A DNA stretch of 37,378 nucleotides from a virus (Duplodnaviria; Caudoviricetes), in IMG/VR virus record IMGVR_UViG_3300030207_001617, positions 1 through 37,378 of that record. One strand, given 5' to 3'. The position numbers and the translations under genes are program-made. The notes below the pieces were generated by a model. The model was not told the DNA's origin, ran no database searches, and was given only the letters and a program-made list of their open reading frames with translations. Positions 26,651 through 36,439 of the stretch are shown piece by piece (within the stretch, counting starts at the first letter, position 1; the number at the start of each line of letters is the position of its first letter).

Positions 26651-27859
26651 TTAATTTTTGTTTTTACTTTTAATTTTGAATTTAAAAGAATCAGCATTAT
26701 CACCTAACACTCTAACTTTATAACCACTGTTATCCATTGGTTCGTTATGAGAACTTCTAGACATCGTGTTTATATTTTTAGCTTTTGCTACACCATCCTT
26801 TATGGCATCAGCTTTACCTTGTTCATAGAAGTGTTGAGCGATTGCATCAGCATGCATTGCGGTATATAAGCTTTTGTGGTAACCCGCAGCGTCTTCTAAC
26901 GTATTTTCTTCGTTCAAAAACTTTTTGACGAAATTGTTAATATCGCTTTGCGATTCCTTTACTTGATCTGCATTATTAACATTAAACCTATATCTCTTAT
27001 CACCGACATTGTATTCAAAACCTTTGAACTCGTCGTTGAAAACATCGTTAGTTTTCTTGTTGAATCTTGATACTTGTTTTTCTGTAATCTCCTGCCTCTG
27101 CTTCTGATCTTTATTATATCTATTGAAGAAATCTACAGCTTTCTGTTGATCTTCTGTCAACTTACTTCCAGCCTTGATATCTTCGTAGTATTTAGACTTT
27201 TGCCCGTCTAAGTAGGCTTTAGCCTCAGCAACTTGCTCTTTTCGGGCTAATTTTCTTCTTTTAATATCTCTTTCATTATCTGCATCTTCATCGTACGCAA
27301 ATTGATCTTCCATCAAAAAATCTACTTCTTCTGCAGATAAATGAGGTTTAGTTTCTTTATAGTATTCACGAAGAGCATCTTGATCATCGAGTTGTGAAAT
27401 ATCTCTATTTAACTTCACATAATCTTCTAGATCTCCGCCAGTATCGTTTATGAAGTCTACTAGTTTCTGTACATTTTCAGGTAAATCTTGACCTGTTTGT
27501 TCAGCTTGCGAAATAGCTTCTTCTGCACGTTCAGCTAGCGCTTGCGCCTCTTCAGTTATTTCTTCTAATACTGGTACTTCTCCTTGTGCTTCTCCTTGCG
27601 GTTGTACTTCTTCTTGTTCTTGTGCGGGCTTGGCACTTTCATCGACTCCAACCACTCCTGTGTCGTTAGAGTTACTTTCTTCAGTTTCATTGGTTGTTGG
27701 TGTATCTAAATCTACTTTAATGATATCAGGATTATCCTTACTATCAAATTTTTCTAAATCAAGTTCAGGTTGCTCTTGAGCAACTTCTTCAACTTGTGGT
27801 GTTTCGTTTTCGACCTCGTTGATTACTTCTTCAAGATCTGTTTGATTTTCATTTTCCAT
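26651..27859 (-). CDS. Putative capsid scaffold/assembly protein (402 aa)
   Basis: Very acidic, disordered N-terminus and helical C-terminus; located between portal and MCP. Confidence 0.6.
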   Translation of the reverse strand: MENENQTDLEEVINEVENETPQVEEVAQEQPELDLEKFDSKDNPDIIKVDLDTPTTNETEESNSNDTGVVGVDESAKPAQEQEEVQPQGEAQGEVPVLEEITEEAQALAERAEEAISQAEQTGQDLPENVQKLVDFINDTGGDLEDYVKLNRDISQLDDQDALREYYKETKPHLSAEEVDFLMEDQFAYDEDADNERDIKRRKLARKEQVAEAKAYLDGQKSKYYEDIKAGSKLTEDQQKAVDFFNRYNKDQKQRQEITEKQVSRFNKKTNDVFNDEFKGFEYNVGDKRYRFNVNNADQVKESQSDINNFVKKFLNEENTLEDAAGYHKSLYTAMHADAIAQHFYEQGKADAIKDGVAKAKNINTMSRSSHNEPMDNSGYKVRVLGDNADSFKFKIKSKNKN

Positions 27860-27880
27860 GATAAAATATTATATAATTAA

Positions 27881-30265
27881 TTAATTTCCGATTTGTGGAG
27901 TAAACTTATCTAAACCCATTCCGCCTCCTAGTATATCATTACCTGAAGACTCAAATCTTTTAGCAGTTTTTCCGCCATCTTTAATAGCTTCTCTTCTATC
28001 CTTCCCATCTTCTCTCATCTTTTCTAAGTTCATGTTGTCACTTCGTTCTTGACCACGTAATTGCTGGTTTAAATCAAATTCAAACTGCATCAACTCTTTT
28101 TTCAATTTAACCTCTTCTTGCAAGTGCTTTAATTTTGCGCCAGATTTTTGAACTTCTAAATCTATATCGTGTTTCGCTTTTTCTTGATTTTTCTGCATCT
28201 CAGCTTGAGCAATGGCTTGTTGAGCTTGCGCATTCGCTTGTGCTTCCGCTTCGGCTTGTTGTTGTTGGATTTGCTGGTCACGCTCTTGCTTTTTCTTTCT
28301 TTTTATTTTTAATAACTGATTTGCTAACTTAACATTCTTTACTTCTCTAATATCTATTGCATCATCTAAATCTATTAATTGCTGAGCTAAGGCAGTTTGT
28401 ATATTGTTTTCAAGAAGTTGCTTTTCTTCTTCGTCTGGTTCTAATTCTAGGAATATACCGAAATCATACAAATGTAACTCCGACATCTCCTTTAACGTCG
28501 CAACATTGTGAGAACCTATCGCCTGCACAAACGCATCCGCTGTAGGAGAATACTCTAATATATCAGATATTCTAAGAGATAAAGCTTCACATACTTCGGC
28601 AGTTAGGTACATTGAGCTTAACAATATATGCCTAGTAGCTACATTTGAATTTGCAGCAGCTAGTTTCTGTACTCCAACTAATGACTTTGGATCTGGCACG
28701 CTAGCGTCTCTAGCTTCATTAAGACCCGTTACATCACGAATCATTTGTAGATAATAATTGTAATTACCTATAAGCGCCTGTAGTTTATTACCAGCCCCTG
28801 CGCCATTAGATATCTCTTTAATAGGTACAGCGCCAGCATTTGGATCGCCATCAGCCGTAACACTTCTACCAATTACGCTACCAGTTTGAAAGAACATATT
28901 AAGTGCTTCTTGTGGATTGTAATTAGTGCCATTTCCTAAATCGACTTCAGCAAGACCATCTGCGTCAAGGTATACTCCATCAGGTACCATACGCGACATG
29001 ACTTGCTGTAGTTTTAAGTGTGTAAGCTGAATCATATCAGCGAACCCAGTAATTCTTCCAACTAGAGATTCAATACGACCTTCATACATACGTGGGGCAA
29101 CAAGCGCGTAATTCATTTTAACTTTATTAAAGTCCGATTTACTACGCATCATGTTTTCACATTTACACCACTTGAGCAACCTATCTGTACCTAGTATTAT
29201 AGCGCCTTCAAAAAGCACCTCTACAGCGCGTTGTATTCTAGCATATTTAACTTGCTTGTCATCTGGTGGATTAAATGTATCGGGCTTTTCAATAGCCTTA
29301 TAGCCTCCCGATGATGTTTCCTTTATTTTGTAAACATCGTTCATATATGTTTTATAATTAAAGTATAAAACTTGAACTTTATTTTTATCTACCTCGTGTA
29401 TTCTTCTATTACCAATATATCTTTTGCTAGATTTATCGTGGATTTCCTTTAAGTCATATTCTGTAAGATGTGGAAACTCTCTTACTAATTCATTAATAGG
29501 TATTGTTTTTACCTCACCTATATAGTATATATCATCAAAGTAAGGTGATTCGGTGTATGAATATACTACATTTGCTGGATCAACATACTCAACAGTAGCA
29601 CCTTCACTCCAATTAAAATTTGTTTTCACGCATCCAATACCAAGAACCGTTAAATCATATAGCATTCTACGACGAATAAGATCGTAATTACTTCCTTGCA
29701 AAAGCGTGTCTAAGGCTTGCTCTTCAGCTATTTCAACAGCTTGCTTATAATTAAGCTGCATATGTAAATCAAGTTCTTCCTTAGTATCTGGTAACTCTTC
29801 TTTAGGAGTTTCATAAAGATCTATATTAAATAACTGCGCGGCTTGATCGTTGTATACTTTAGAATCCATATCGCGTTGAATAGACTCCATGTATTCAGTT
29901 CGCTTACTAACTCCATATTGATCTTGAGCATATGCTCTAATATTAAACATACGCTCCGACATACCGTTAACAACAATATCAACAAACTTTGGAATAATAG
30001 GTACTGGTTTCCAGTCTAAATTAAGATAAGATAAATCTCCATTAATAGATAACTCATCTTTATATTTCTGTATAGACTGTTCTCCTCTGGCATACAATCT
30101 AAGTTGGTGAAATTTGTTTTGTGTACTACGATATCTATTATTGTGAGTATCTTTAAACCACTCTTGTTCTATCGCTTGCGCAACCTTAAGTCCATATTCC
30201 GCCCCGATCTTTTCTAAATCAGAAACCGCTTGAGAAGGAAAATTTACATATACTGATTGAGGCAT
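27881..30265 (-). CDS. Portal protein (794 aa)
   Basis: Immediately after TerL; LRLYARGEQS..KYK, LDWKPVPIIPKFVDIVVNG, IRDVTGLNEARD and a Q-rich C-terminal coiled-coil barrel typical of podovirus portals. Confidence 0.85.
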   Translation of the reverse strand: MPQSVYVNFPSQAVSDLEKIGAEYGLKVAQAIEQEWFKDTHNNRYRSTQNKFHQLRLYARGEQSIQKYKDELSINGDLSYLNLDWKPVPIIPKFVDIVVNGMSERMFNIRAYAQDQYGVSKRTEYMESIQRDMDSKVYNDQAAQLFNIDLYETPKEELPDTKEELDLHMQLNYKQAVEIAEEQALDTLLQGSNYDLIRRRMLYDLTVLGIGCVKTNFNWSEGATVEYVDPANVVYSYTESPYFDDIYYIGEVKTIPINELVREFPHLTEYDLKEIHDKSSKRYIGNRRIHEVDKNKVQVLYFNYKTYMNDVYKIKETSSGGYKAIEKPDTFNPPDDKQVKYARIQRAVEVLFEGAIILGTDRLLKWCKCENMMRSKSDFNKVKMNYALVAPRMYEGRIESLVGRITGFADMIQLTHLKLQQVMSRMVPDGVYLDADGLAEVDLGNGTNYNPQEALNMFFQTGSVIGRSVTADGDPNAGAVPIKEISNGAGAGNKLQALIGNYNYYLQMIRDVTGLNEARDASVPDPKSLVGVQKLAAANSNVATRHILLSSMYLTAEVCEALSLRISDILEYSPTADAFVQAIGSHNVATLKEMSELHLYDFGIFLELEPDEEEKQLLENNIQTALAQQLIDLDDAIDIREVKNVKLANQLLKIKRKKKQERDQQIQQQQAEAEAQANAQAQQAIAQAEMQKNQEKAKHDIDLEVQKSGAKLKHLQEEVKLKKELMQFEFDLNQQLRGQERSDNMNLEKMREDGKDRREAIKDGGKTAKRFESSGNDILGGGMGLDKFTPQIGN

Positions 30266-30267
30266 AT

Positions 30268-32484
30268 TTATTTAATTATTTGGGATGTAAACCCTTTATT
30301 ATCATATTTTGCTATATTCAAATTCAAAGGCTGTTTTTCTACTTTTGCATTTGGCGCATATAAGTGTCTGTTGCAAGCCATAATAGCTAAACCTGAACTT
30401 ATAGACGCATCATGCTTTGTTCTCTTATTTATATCGAACTTGGCCCAGTCGTTTAACAAATCGTTAAAATACAATGTACCATAGTTACCGTCACCAAGAT
30501 GTCCTACGTAATTTTGTATGTACATCTCAATAGCAGCAGCGTGAGCTTGTTTGATGTCTTCACTTGAGTTTGGTATACCACCTACCTCTTTTTCTGCCGC
30601 GGAAAGCTTACGCCAAGCTTTATCCGGTCTGTTCATACTATATCCTCTATAACCCCTACGACGCAAGTAGTATAGTAATCTTGGTTTATTGTTCTCCGCT
30701 AGTAATGGCATGCCATAAAATACTAATGCCATTAATACATCTTCAAAAAACATTTCAGCGGTTTGTGGTCTTGCTATGTATTCCAGGAAAAACGTACTTG
30801 ATGGTGCGTCTTCCATAGAGAATTTTGTTAATCCGTGTAATGCGCCTTTCGAACCGCGACCGTCAACAGTACCACTAATGTCATAGCTATCACAGCCAAA
30901 TGCTCCAATGTGCTCGTTGGCAGGGTATTTAATTCCATTTTTTATTATTTGTTTATTTTGCAAATGAGTTGGAGGAACCCAACTTACCTTAAATCTTCCA
31001 CTTGGATCTGGATGAAATACTACTTGAGTATCTTTTATACCATTCACCCAACCAAAGCTTCCAGTAGTAGTATGCGCCGCGTGCCTGCTACCTTCGTTAA
31101 AATCTATTTGTTCGTATATTTTAATTAGATTGAATATACTATTTTTAGTCTCGTCTCTGAATGCATGCTCCTCAGTTCTAGGAAATTGACGATAAAACTC
31201 ATTCAACGCGTCTTGATCATCTCTTAATCCTTCGGCCTCATTATCCCAACTAGTTATTACACCTACATCTATTAATTCACCGTCTGGTCCCAGTCGTTCA
31301 TCATCACTTGGATTATCAAATACTGGAAGTCCGTATTCGTCAATAAATCCTTCATAGTTCCATTCCATTGGGATAAAGAGAGAATAAAGCCCAGACTTCG
31401 TTTGTCCATTAGCATTTCGTCTTGATACGTCAGAATCATAGTATAGTTTTTTAAAGTTATCCCCACCTTTATCAAGCGCATTGCTAGTTGAACCCATCAT
31501 GCACTTACCAACGATTCTACTACCTAACCTTAAGCAGGTTTTAGTAACTCGCCAGTTGTTTAATATGTTATCAGGTCTTTCCCATTTACCACTCTCATCG
31601 TGAACTAATAGATTTAACTTTTCACCGTCATAACTATTATCACCCGTGTTCTTCCAATCAATCGTAGTGTCAAGACCTGCTATTTCTTCAAGCTGTTCGT
31701 TTACTTGTATTTTCTTACGGGTAAACTTACTAGCTGGAACTCTATATGCAAGTTCAGACTTTGGACGATCCATACCATCTTGTATAGGTTTAAAGAAGAA
31801 TGGGTAATTTATTGATATAGGTACAACTTTATCAGTAAACATCTTCTTTGCATCGGCACCAGACTTAGAAAGGATCCCATATCTACTATCACTTGAAATA
31901 GTGGCTAAGTTAACTGTTTCAGCCGACGACATAAACGAGAAACCTGAACGACGGTTTTTAAGGTAGCACATCCCATAGCATCTCTTGTCAGCTTTACAGG
32001 CTTCCCAAAATATAAAGAATAGTCTGTTAGCCTCTCTAAAGTCTGGAGCTCCAACGTCAATCTTGCTCCATTGCAGATACATATAGTGCGTACCTGTTAT
32101 GTATGTTGGCACTCCGTTATTAGTGAACCAGAATCCTTCTTCTCTACGTCTAAATTCTTCGTCAATATAATCGTGCCACTTTTCTTTTTGCTCGTCTGGA
32201 TAGTTTCTCCAATCGAATATGTTTTTAATACGAGATAATTCTTTAGGATATTCTGCTTTAACCCATTTATTCTTCTCGTGCTTAAATACATTCTTTGGCG
32301 CTTTAGGTAAAGCTATCTTAAAACCTTGTATTTCGTATATATCACCTATAACTCCGTTATGCGAAAGAACAACTACATCATGCTCTTTATTATAACCGTA
32401 CTTCCACTTTTTACCTCTGTTAAGTCTGGTAAGAGTGGTTTTCTTTATAGGTTCTATTATCTTATATAAAGTTTGTTCGTACAT
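30268..32484 (-). CDS. terL: Terminase large subunit (738 aa)
   Basis: Walker A-like LKNRRSGFS, Walker B LLVHDESGKW, coupling motif MGST, RNase H-like nuclease FGCDSYD...AENNK...HDASISSG. Confidence 0.92.
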   Translation of the reverse strand: MYEQTLYKIIEPIKKTTLTRLNRGKKWKYGYNKEHDVVVLSHNGVIGDIYEIQGFKIALPKAPKNVFKHEKNKWVKAEYPKELSRIKNIFDWRNYPDEQKEKWHDYIDEEFRRREEGFWFTNNGVPTYITGTHYMYLQWSKIDVGAPDFREANRLFFIFWEACKADKRCYGMCYLKNRRSGFSFMSSAETVNLATISSDSRYGILSKSGADAKKMFTDKVVPISINYPFFFKPIQDGMDRPKSELAYRVPASKFTRKKIQVNEQLEEIAGLDTTIDWKNTGDNSYDGEKLNLLVHDESGKWERPDNILNNWRVTKTCLRLGSRIVGKCMMGSTSNALDKGGDNFKKLYYDSDVSRRNANGQTKSGLYSLFIPMEWNYEGFIDEYGLPVFDNPSDDERLGPDGELIDVGVITSWDNEAEGLRDDQDALNEFYRQFPRTEEHAFRDETKNSIFNLIKIYEQIDFNEGSRHAAHTTTGSFGWVNGIKDTQVVFHPDPSGRFKVSWVPPTHLQNKQIIKNGIKYPANEHIGAFGCDSYDISGTVDGRGSKGALHGLTKFSMEDAPSSTFFLEYIARPQTAEMFFEDVLMALVFYGMPLLAENNKPRLLYYLRRRGYRGYSMNRPDKAWRKLSAAEKEVGGIPNSSEDIKQAHAAAIEMYIQNYVGHLGDGNYGTLYFNDLLNDWAKFDINKRTKHDASISSGLAIMACNRHLYAPNAKVEKQPLNLNIAKYDNKGFTSQIIK

Positions 32485-32759
32485 TATTTAGATCTACCCT
32501 CAGCAAAACCCTTGAATACTCTTTTCTTTTCTTCTTCCGGTGCTTTACCCTCTAAAAGATTTTCTTCTTCTTGGATTCTGTTTAATATCTCGAATGCGTC
32601 GAAGATAGCAAGCTTCTTTGTAGCAGCGGCATTTTTAAGTCTATCAGCCGATATATCGTCATCTGAATCAACAATAGCTTCTTTAGCCACCTTGATTAAT
32701 TCCTCAACCGCTCTGTGCCCAGCTTGGATTATACTCTTCTTCGTCTCCTTGATATTCAT
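32484..32759 (-). CDS. Small helical protein upstream of TerL, candidate terminase small subunit (about 91 aa; likely start MNIKETKK)
   Basis: Coupled to terL (TAATG overlap at 32484); helical and charged. The function call rests on position only. Confidence 0.45.
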   Translation of the reverse strand: MNIKETKKSIIQAGHRAVEELIKVAKEAIVDSDDDISADRLKNAAATKKLAIFDAFEILNRIQEEENLLEGKAPEEEKKRVFKGFAEGRSK

Positions 32760-33294
32760 ATTTAATTGTAATAAATTGAGATGGTATTCTATATAATCTT
32801 TTACCATCAATAACAAACTCACACTCTGTTTTAGGTCTAAAGCCTATAAGAGAGTTTAGCTCTGCTCTGCCATCAGTATGTTTAACAATACCAACTAAAG
32901 GTTTTTCTGTATCAACACTTAGTTTGCTATTGTCCTTAATAGGTTGTACAAAGCAATAACCCTTAGGACATATCCATGTATCGTCACGCTTGTACAAAAA
33001 TATCTGATCATCGTTTACAAAGTATTTATTTTCTTCGTAATATGATCTACTATTACGCTCTCTACCTTTTACATCATGCCAACGTCTAAATACGTTAAAG
33101 TGAACTATAACAGTATCACCGACTTGTATCTCTGTATCACTTATCCTTGGTACGGATATAACCTTAGCTAGTCGATTGACGTGATGATGGTTAAATACGT
33201 CTGTATTAAGTATTAACTCTTTATCACCTACTTTTGTTGTATTGTTGTATCTTGCACCTATAGGCTCTACAACAAAGTTGTAAAGCGATTGCAT
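32704..33294 (-). CDS. Tandem GroES-like (two Cpn10-fold repeats) protein (196 aa)
   Basis: Repeat 1: NFVVEP...LAKVISVP...IQVGDTVIVH. Repeat 2: YCFVQP...LVGIVKH...LIGF...EFVIDGKRLYRIPSQFI. Both follow the GroES strand pattern. Confidence 0.55.
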   Translation of the reverse strand: MQSLYNFVVEPIGARYNNTTKVGDKELILNTDVFNHHHVNRLAKVISVPRISDTEIQVGDTVIVHFNVFRRWHDVKGRERNSRSYYEENKYFVNDDQIFLYKRDDTWICPKGYCFVQPIKDNSKLSVDTEKPLVGIVKHTDGRAELNSLIGFRPKTECEFVIDGKRLYRIPSQFITIKYEYQGDEEEYNPSWAQSG

Positions 33295-33515
33295 TAATAC
33301 TCTAGATTATATTCTACAGATATAGCCATATTCTTGTTAAAATCTTTCCAAGGTATAACATTTTTCTCTTTGCGTATATAAATAGAGTACTTATCTTTCT
33401 CTTCTAATATATCACAAATAGTATGACCGCCATACACTTCTTGCCCAACGGCATAGTGCATAGCGTCATTCTTGTAGTCTTTACCTATCGTGATCTTACG
33501 AATCAGATGGCTCAT
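33294..33515 (-). CDS. Hypothetical protein (73 aa)
   Basis: Intact ORF coupled to both neighbours (IRKITIGKDYKNDAMHYAVGQEVYGGH). Confidence 0.65.
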   Translation of the reverse strand: MSHLIRKITIGKDYKNDAMHYAVGQEVYGGHTICDILEEKDKYSIYIRKEKNVIPWKDFNKNMAISVEYNLEY

Positions 33516-33777
33516 CTTCCTTATAGTTTATAACACCATCTTGAATATTAATATCATTAGTGCCATATTGCTCTTTGAAACCTTCCTGCATTTGATTTAG
33601 TCTATCATTACCCTGGAATAATGCGTGCATAGCGTTGTGTTTTTGCACCTCCATTTGACCAATATCAAATTGCAGTTTATTTATAGCCGTGACTACAGTT
33701 TGTAACTCTTTTAGTTGTTCTTCCGAAATCTTTTCTGGCTTTAGGTCGATGACCTTTTCTTTTTTCTTTTTTCCCAT
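33496..33777 (-). CDS. Small coiled-coil hypothetical protein (93 aa)
   Basis: Heptad pattern, C-terminal YGTNDINIQDG; AT-rich leader. Confidence 0.6.
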   Translation of the reverse strand: MGKKKKEKVIDLKPEKISEEQLKELQTVVTAINKLQFDIGQMEVQKHNAMHALFQGNDRLNQMQEGFKEQYGTNDINIQDGVINYKEDEPSDS

Positions 33778-33806
33778 AATTAAATTAAATTAAAATTGTT
33801 TATTGT

Positions 33807-34529
33807 TTATCCACCCCAAGACTCACACGATAGTACTAGTGTAATAGGGTTTGCGTTATATAAAACATCGTTATTAGCTATAGCATCAGTGTTTGGTGCT
33901 GTTAGCGTTATTTGAGTTGCAGAGTCTACGGTCTTGACCGTACCTAACACCGCATCATCAACAGCATGTACGAGATCTCCAGGCGCAAACGCTAACGTAG
34001 CGTCAAGTGTATCTAGTGTTATAACAGTTTGTGTCCCTGCATCAAAATTAGCTTCGTTAATCTGTATTGTGCTTCTAAAATCAAAAGTACCTTTTGCTAT
34101 AGCTGCAACGTATAAATCTCCATTAACAGGTATATCTAAACCTGACTTTGTCGCTATGTTTAAATACACAAGATCTCCATCGTTGAAATCACCAGCAGCT
34201 ATTTCTACAAGTCCACATAAATTATTAAACCAACCTGGAGTATCTACAGCAGCGCCAGTTGTTCCTAGTGTAACAGGAACCGCGTCTACTGATACGTTTA
34301 CACCATCATCTGGAGTAGGTATATGACTAGTGGCAAATAACAAATCGATACCAGCCATTGTTTGGTCAACACCATCTTTACCTCTAACAATACATTGAAC
34401 ACCGCTGATAGAAGATATTTTTCTAGCTTCTATCTTGTGCCAGTCAAATAGTATTTCAGTATCCGCGTAAGTTGCAGCTTGTATACTAGCTGGCATTAGC
34501 GGCTTCACTCTTTTGTATATTTTACTCAT
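33807..34529 (-). CDS. Putative structural/decoration protein (240 aa)
   Basis: D/T/A/G-rich beta composition; C-terminal small beta module shared with the tail proteins. Confidence 0.5.
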   Translation of the reverse strand: MSKIYKRVKPLMPASIQAATYADTEILFDWHKIEARKISSISGVQCIVRGKDGVDQTMAGIDLLFATSHIPTPDDGVNVSVDAVPVTLGTTGAAVDTPGWFNNLCGLVEIAAGDFNDGDLVYLNIATKSGLDIPVNGDLYVAAIAKGTFDFRSTIQINEANFDAGTQTVITLDTLDATLAFAPGDLVHAVDDAVLGTVKTVDSATQITLTAPNTDAIANNDVLYNANPITLVLSCESWGG

Positions 34530-34530
34530 T

Positions 34531-34923
34531 TTATTTTTTTACTTTTTCTAGTGATCTACCACCGAAGTATGCACCGATCACAGTTATTAATACTAATTGA
34601 AGGAGATCTACATATGAATCCTTCACATTGAAATTGATTGCACCAGCATCAATGAATATCAATAGCATCGTGCATACTATTAAGAATACAAGGGTTAATG
34701 GCCTTACGTTCTTTGAAAGCCATGAGTCAGACTTAAGGTCAGCCTCCCATCGAGATGTAATATTCTTCTCCATCTCAACTTCGTAGTTGGCCACTAATTC
34801 TTTTATCTTTTGCTCTGCTTCTAGCTTTTCTTCCTTAGAAGTAGTGAGGTTATCCAAAACCCCACCTACTCCTTTAACGAGCTCAGTTGCTCCTGTGGAA
34901 AATATTTTGCTTAAAACGTTCAT
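34531..34923 (-). CDS. Holin, 3TM (GTA-holin-like) family (about 130 aa; likely start MNVLSKIF)
   Basis: RWEADLKSDSWLSKNVRPLTLVFL...two TM helices...VIGAYFGGRSLEK is the characteristic pattern of this family. Confidence 0.8.
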   Translation of the reverse strand: MNVLSKIFSTGATELVKGVGGVLDNLTTSKEEKLEAEQKIKELVANYEVEMEKNITSRWEADLKSDSWLSKNVRPLTLVFLIVCTMLLIFIDAGAINFNVKDSYVDLLQLVLITVIGAYFGGRSLEKVKK

Positions 34924-34927
34924 TAAT

Positions 34928-35599
34928 TTACCTTGATATCGCCCTTTTGTCTTGACCAAATACACCTTTTCTACCGGATCCTTTTATAGACTTAACTCCT
35001 TTACCTTTATTCTCCGAACCACTAGAATCACCTCCTCTTTTTCTTGCTTCTAGCCTTGCTTCGCTTTCTGCTTTTTGTGCTCTTACTTGAGTTCTATAAG
35101 CTTTACCGTGTCCTTTACCTTCAGTTTCGGTTCTTTCTAATGCCTCGTCAGCTTTCTCTCTTTTTCTTGTGGCTTTATCTTCTAGTTTAGATTGTTTATC
35201 AGGATTCCAGCGATCTCCTCTCTTATCGCCTTTTTCTAAATCATCATCCAAGCGAGTTCTTTCCTTATCTTGATAATTCGCATCTTCCATGTGATTGCGA
35301 TTATGTTTTTGATACGGTGAGCCTTCACGACGATCCTCTCGGTCTTGTCGTTTGTCTCTTTTCATTTCTCGCCTCTGTTCTCTAATTTCATCCTTAGCTT
35401 GACGCTTTATATCTTTCTTATATGCTTTTGCGTCTTTTTTCATCTGTCGAGCTTCGTCTCTTCCAGCTCTATAATCTTCCATTATGTCTTCTCTAGTCCT
35501 TTGCTCTTCTCTTGGATGGGGTTTTACACCTTGCTTAACTGGGCTTTTTCCAATACCGAAGTTTCTTTGGAAAGGATTCCCTCTCATTTTAAATGCCAT
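34928..35599 (-). CDS. Highly charged, low-complexity protein (223 aa) with MAFKM N-terminus; possible internal head / DNA-condensing protein
   Basis: R/K/D/E-rich with almost no hydrophobic core; SPVKQ and SPYQK motifs. Confidence 0.5.
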   Translation of the reverse strand: MAFKMRGNPFQRNFGIGKSPVKQGVKPHPREEQRTREDIMEDYRAGRDEARQMKKDAKAYKKDIKRQAKDEIREQRREMKRDKRQDREDRREGSPYQKHNRNHMEDANYQDKERTRLDDDLEKGDKRGDRWNPDKQSKLEDKATRKREKADEALERTETEGKGHGKAYRTQVRAQKAESEARLEARKRGGDSSGSENKGKGVKSIKGSGRKGVFGQDKRAISR

Positions 35600-35602
35600 G
35601 TC

Positions 35603-35821
35603 TTATTTTTTTGCGAATTTTTCTACACCGCTAATACCGAATGATCCTAGAACCACCCATACAAAAGAGTTATATACAAATTCATTAATGATTAAATCTT
35701 TACCTATTGCTCCAGATACAGTATCCACAAGCATCACCATTACCATAAGGGCAAAGGCTACAAATCCAACTATTGCTTTTTCGTTCCATTCGTTGTTATC
35801 TTTAAATATCTCAAACATCAC
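35603..35821 (-). CDS. Small two-TM membrane protein (72 aa), holin/antiholin-like
   Basis: Two hydrophobic helices (AIVGFVAFALMVMVMLV; FVYNSFVWVVLGSFGI) and a basic C-terminus (EKFAKK). Confidence 0.6.
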   Translation of the reverse strand: MMFEIFKDNNEWNEKAIVGFVAFALMVMVMLVDTVSGAIGKDLIINEFVYNSFVWVVLGSFGISGVEKFAKK

Positions 35822-36168
35822 TCTGCTTTTTTAGCTCGTTTTTCCCAAGGAAATACATTACTCCCCTCAGGATACCACTTGCCGTTGTATTTTATTTTAC
35901 CATCTTTTCTATGGTAAGTTTTATTACCGTCTCTAACGTAATCATCTCCATATGATACTTTGCCCTCCTTCATTTCTTCAGCGTGCACTTTTTCGTGCCG
36001 TATGACTTTCTTTTCAAGTGCACTACCTTTTGGAACGCTTTTGTCTATATAAATACTACCGTCTTTATTGGCTTCACCTAAAATACCTTTATCTAGATTT
36101 TTTCTAAATATAGGTGTATCCTTAGGATCTCTAATACGTCTCTTTTCTTTACCAAGTTTAAAAGCCAT
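35818..36168 (-). CDS. Small zincin-like metallopeptidase (116 aa)
   Basis: GILGEANKDGSIYID...VIRHEKVH (HExxH)...FPWEKRA (downstream Glu ligand), a minimal zincin layout. Confidence 0.6.
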   Translation of the reverse strand: MAFKLGKEKRRIRDPKDTPIFRKNLDKGILGEANKDGSIYIDKSVPKGSALEKKVIRHEKVHAEEMKEGKVSYGDDYVRDGNKTYHRKDGKIKYNGKWYPEGSNVFPWEKRAKKAE

Positions 36169-36186
36169 TATTTCTTTATACGGCGT

Positions 36187-36438
36187 TTATACCTTACCTT
36201 TTTTAAATTTTTCAAACGAAGATTTCTTAATATCGTCATCAAGTTTTTCACCAGTTTTCTCCACCTCTTCAGCTATTCTACCAGTAGCTTCTGCTTTGGC
36301 AACCATGCCTCGTGCTTTGCTAGCAGGACCAGCGTCAGCCATAGCTTCTCTAGTATCTGCAGATAGTTTAAACGCTGAATTACCATACTTCTCGTTATAT
36401 AGTGAAGTGCCTATTACACAACCTTTTCTACTTTTCAT
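36187..36438 (-). CDS. Hypothetical protein (83 aa)
   Basis: Fills the gap on the coding strand; starts 2 nt after the upstream stop. Confidence 0.5.
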   Translation of the reverse strand: MKSRKGCVIGTSLYNEKYGNSAFKLSADTREAMADAGPASKARGMVAKAEATGRIAEEVEKTGEKLDDDIKKSSFEKFKKGKV

Positions 36439-36439
36439 T

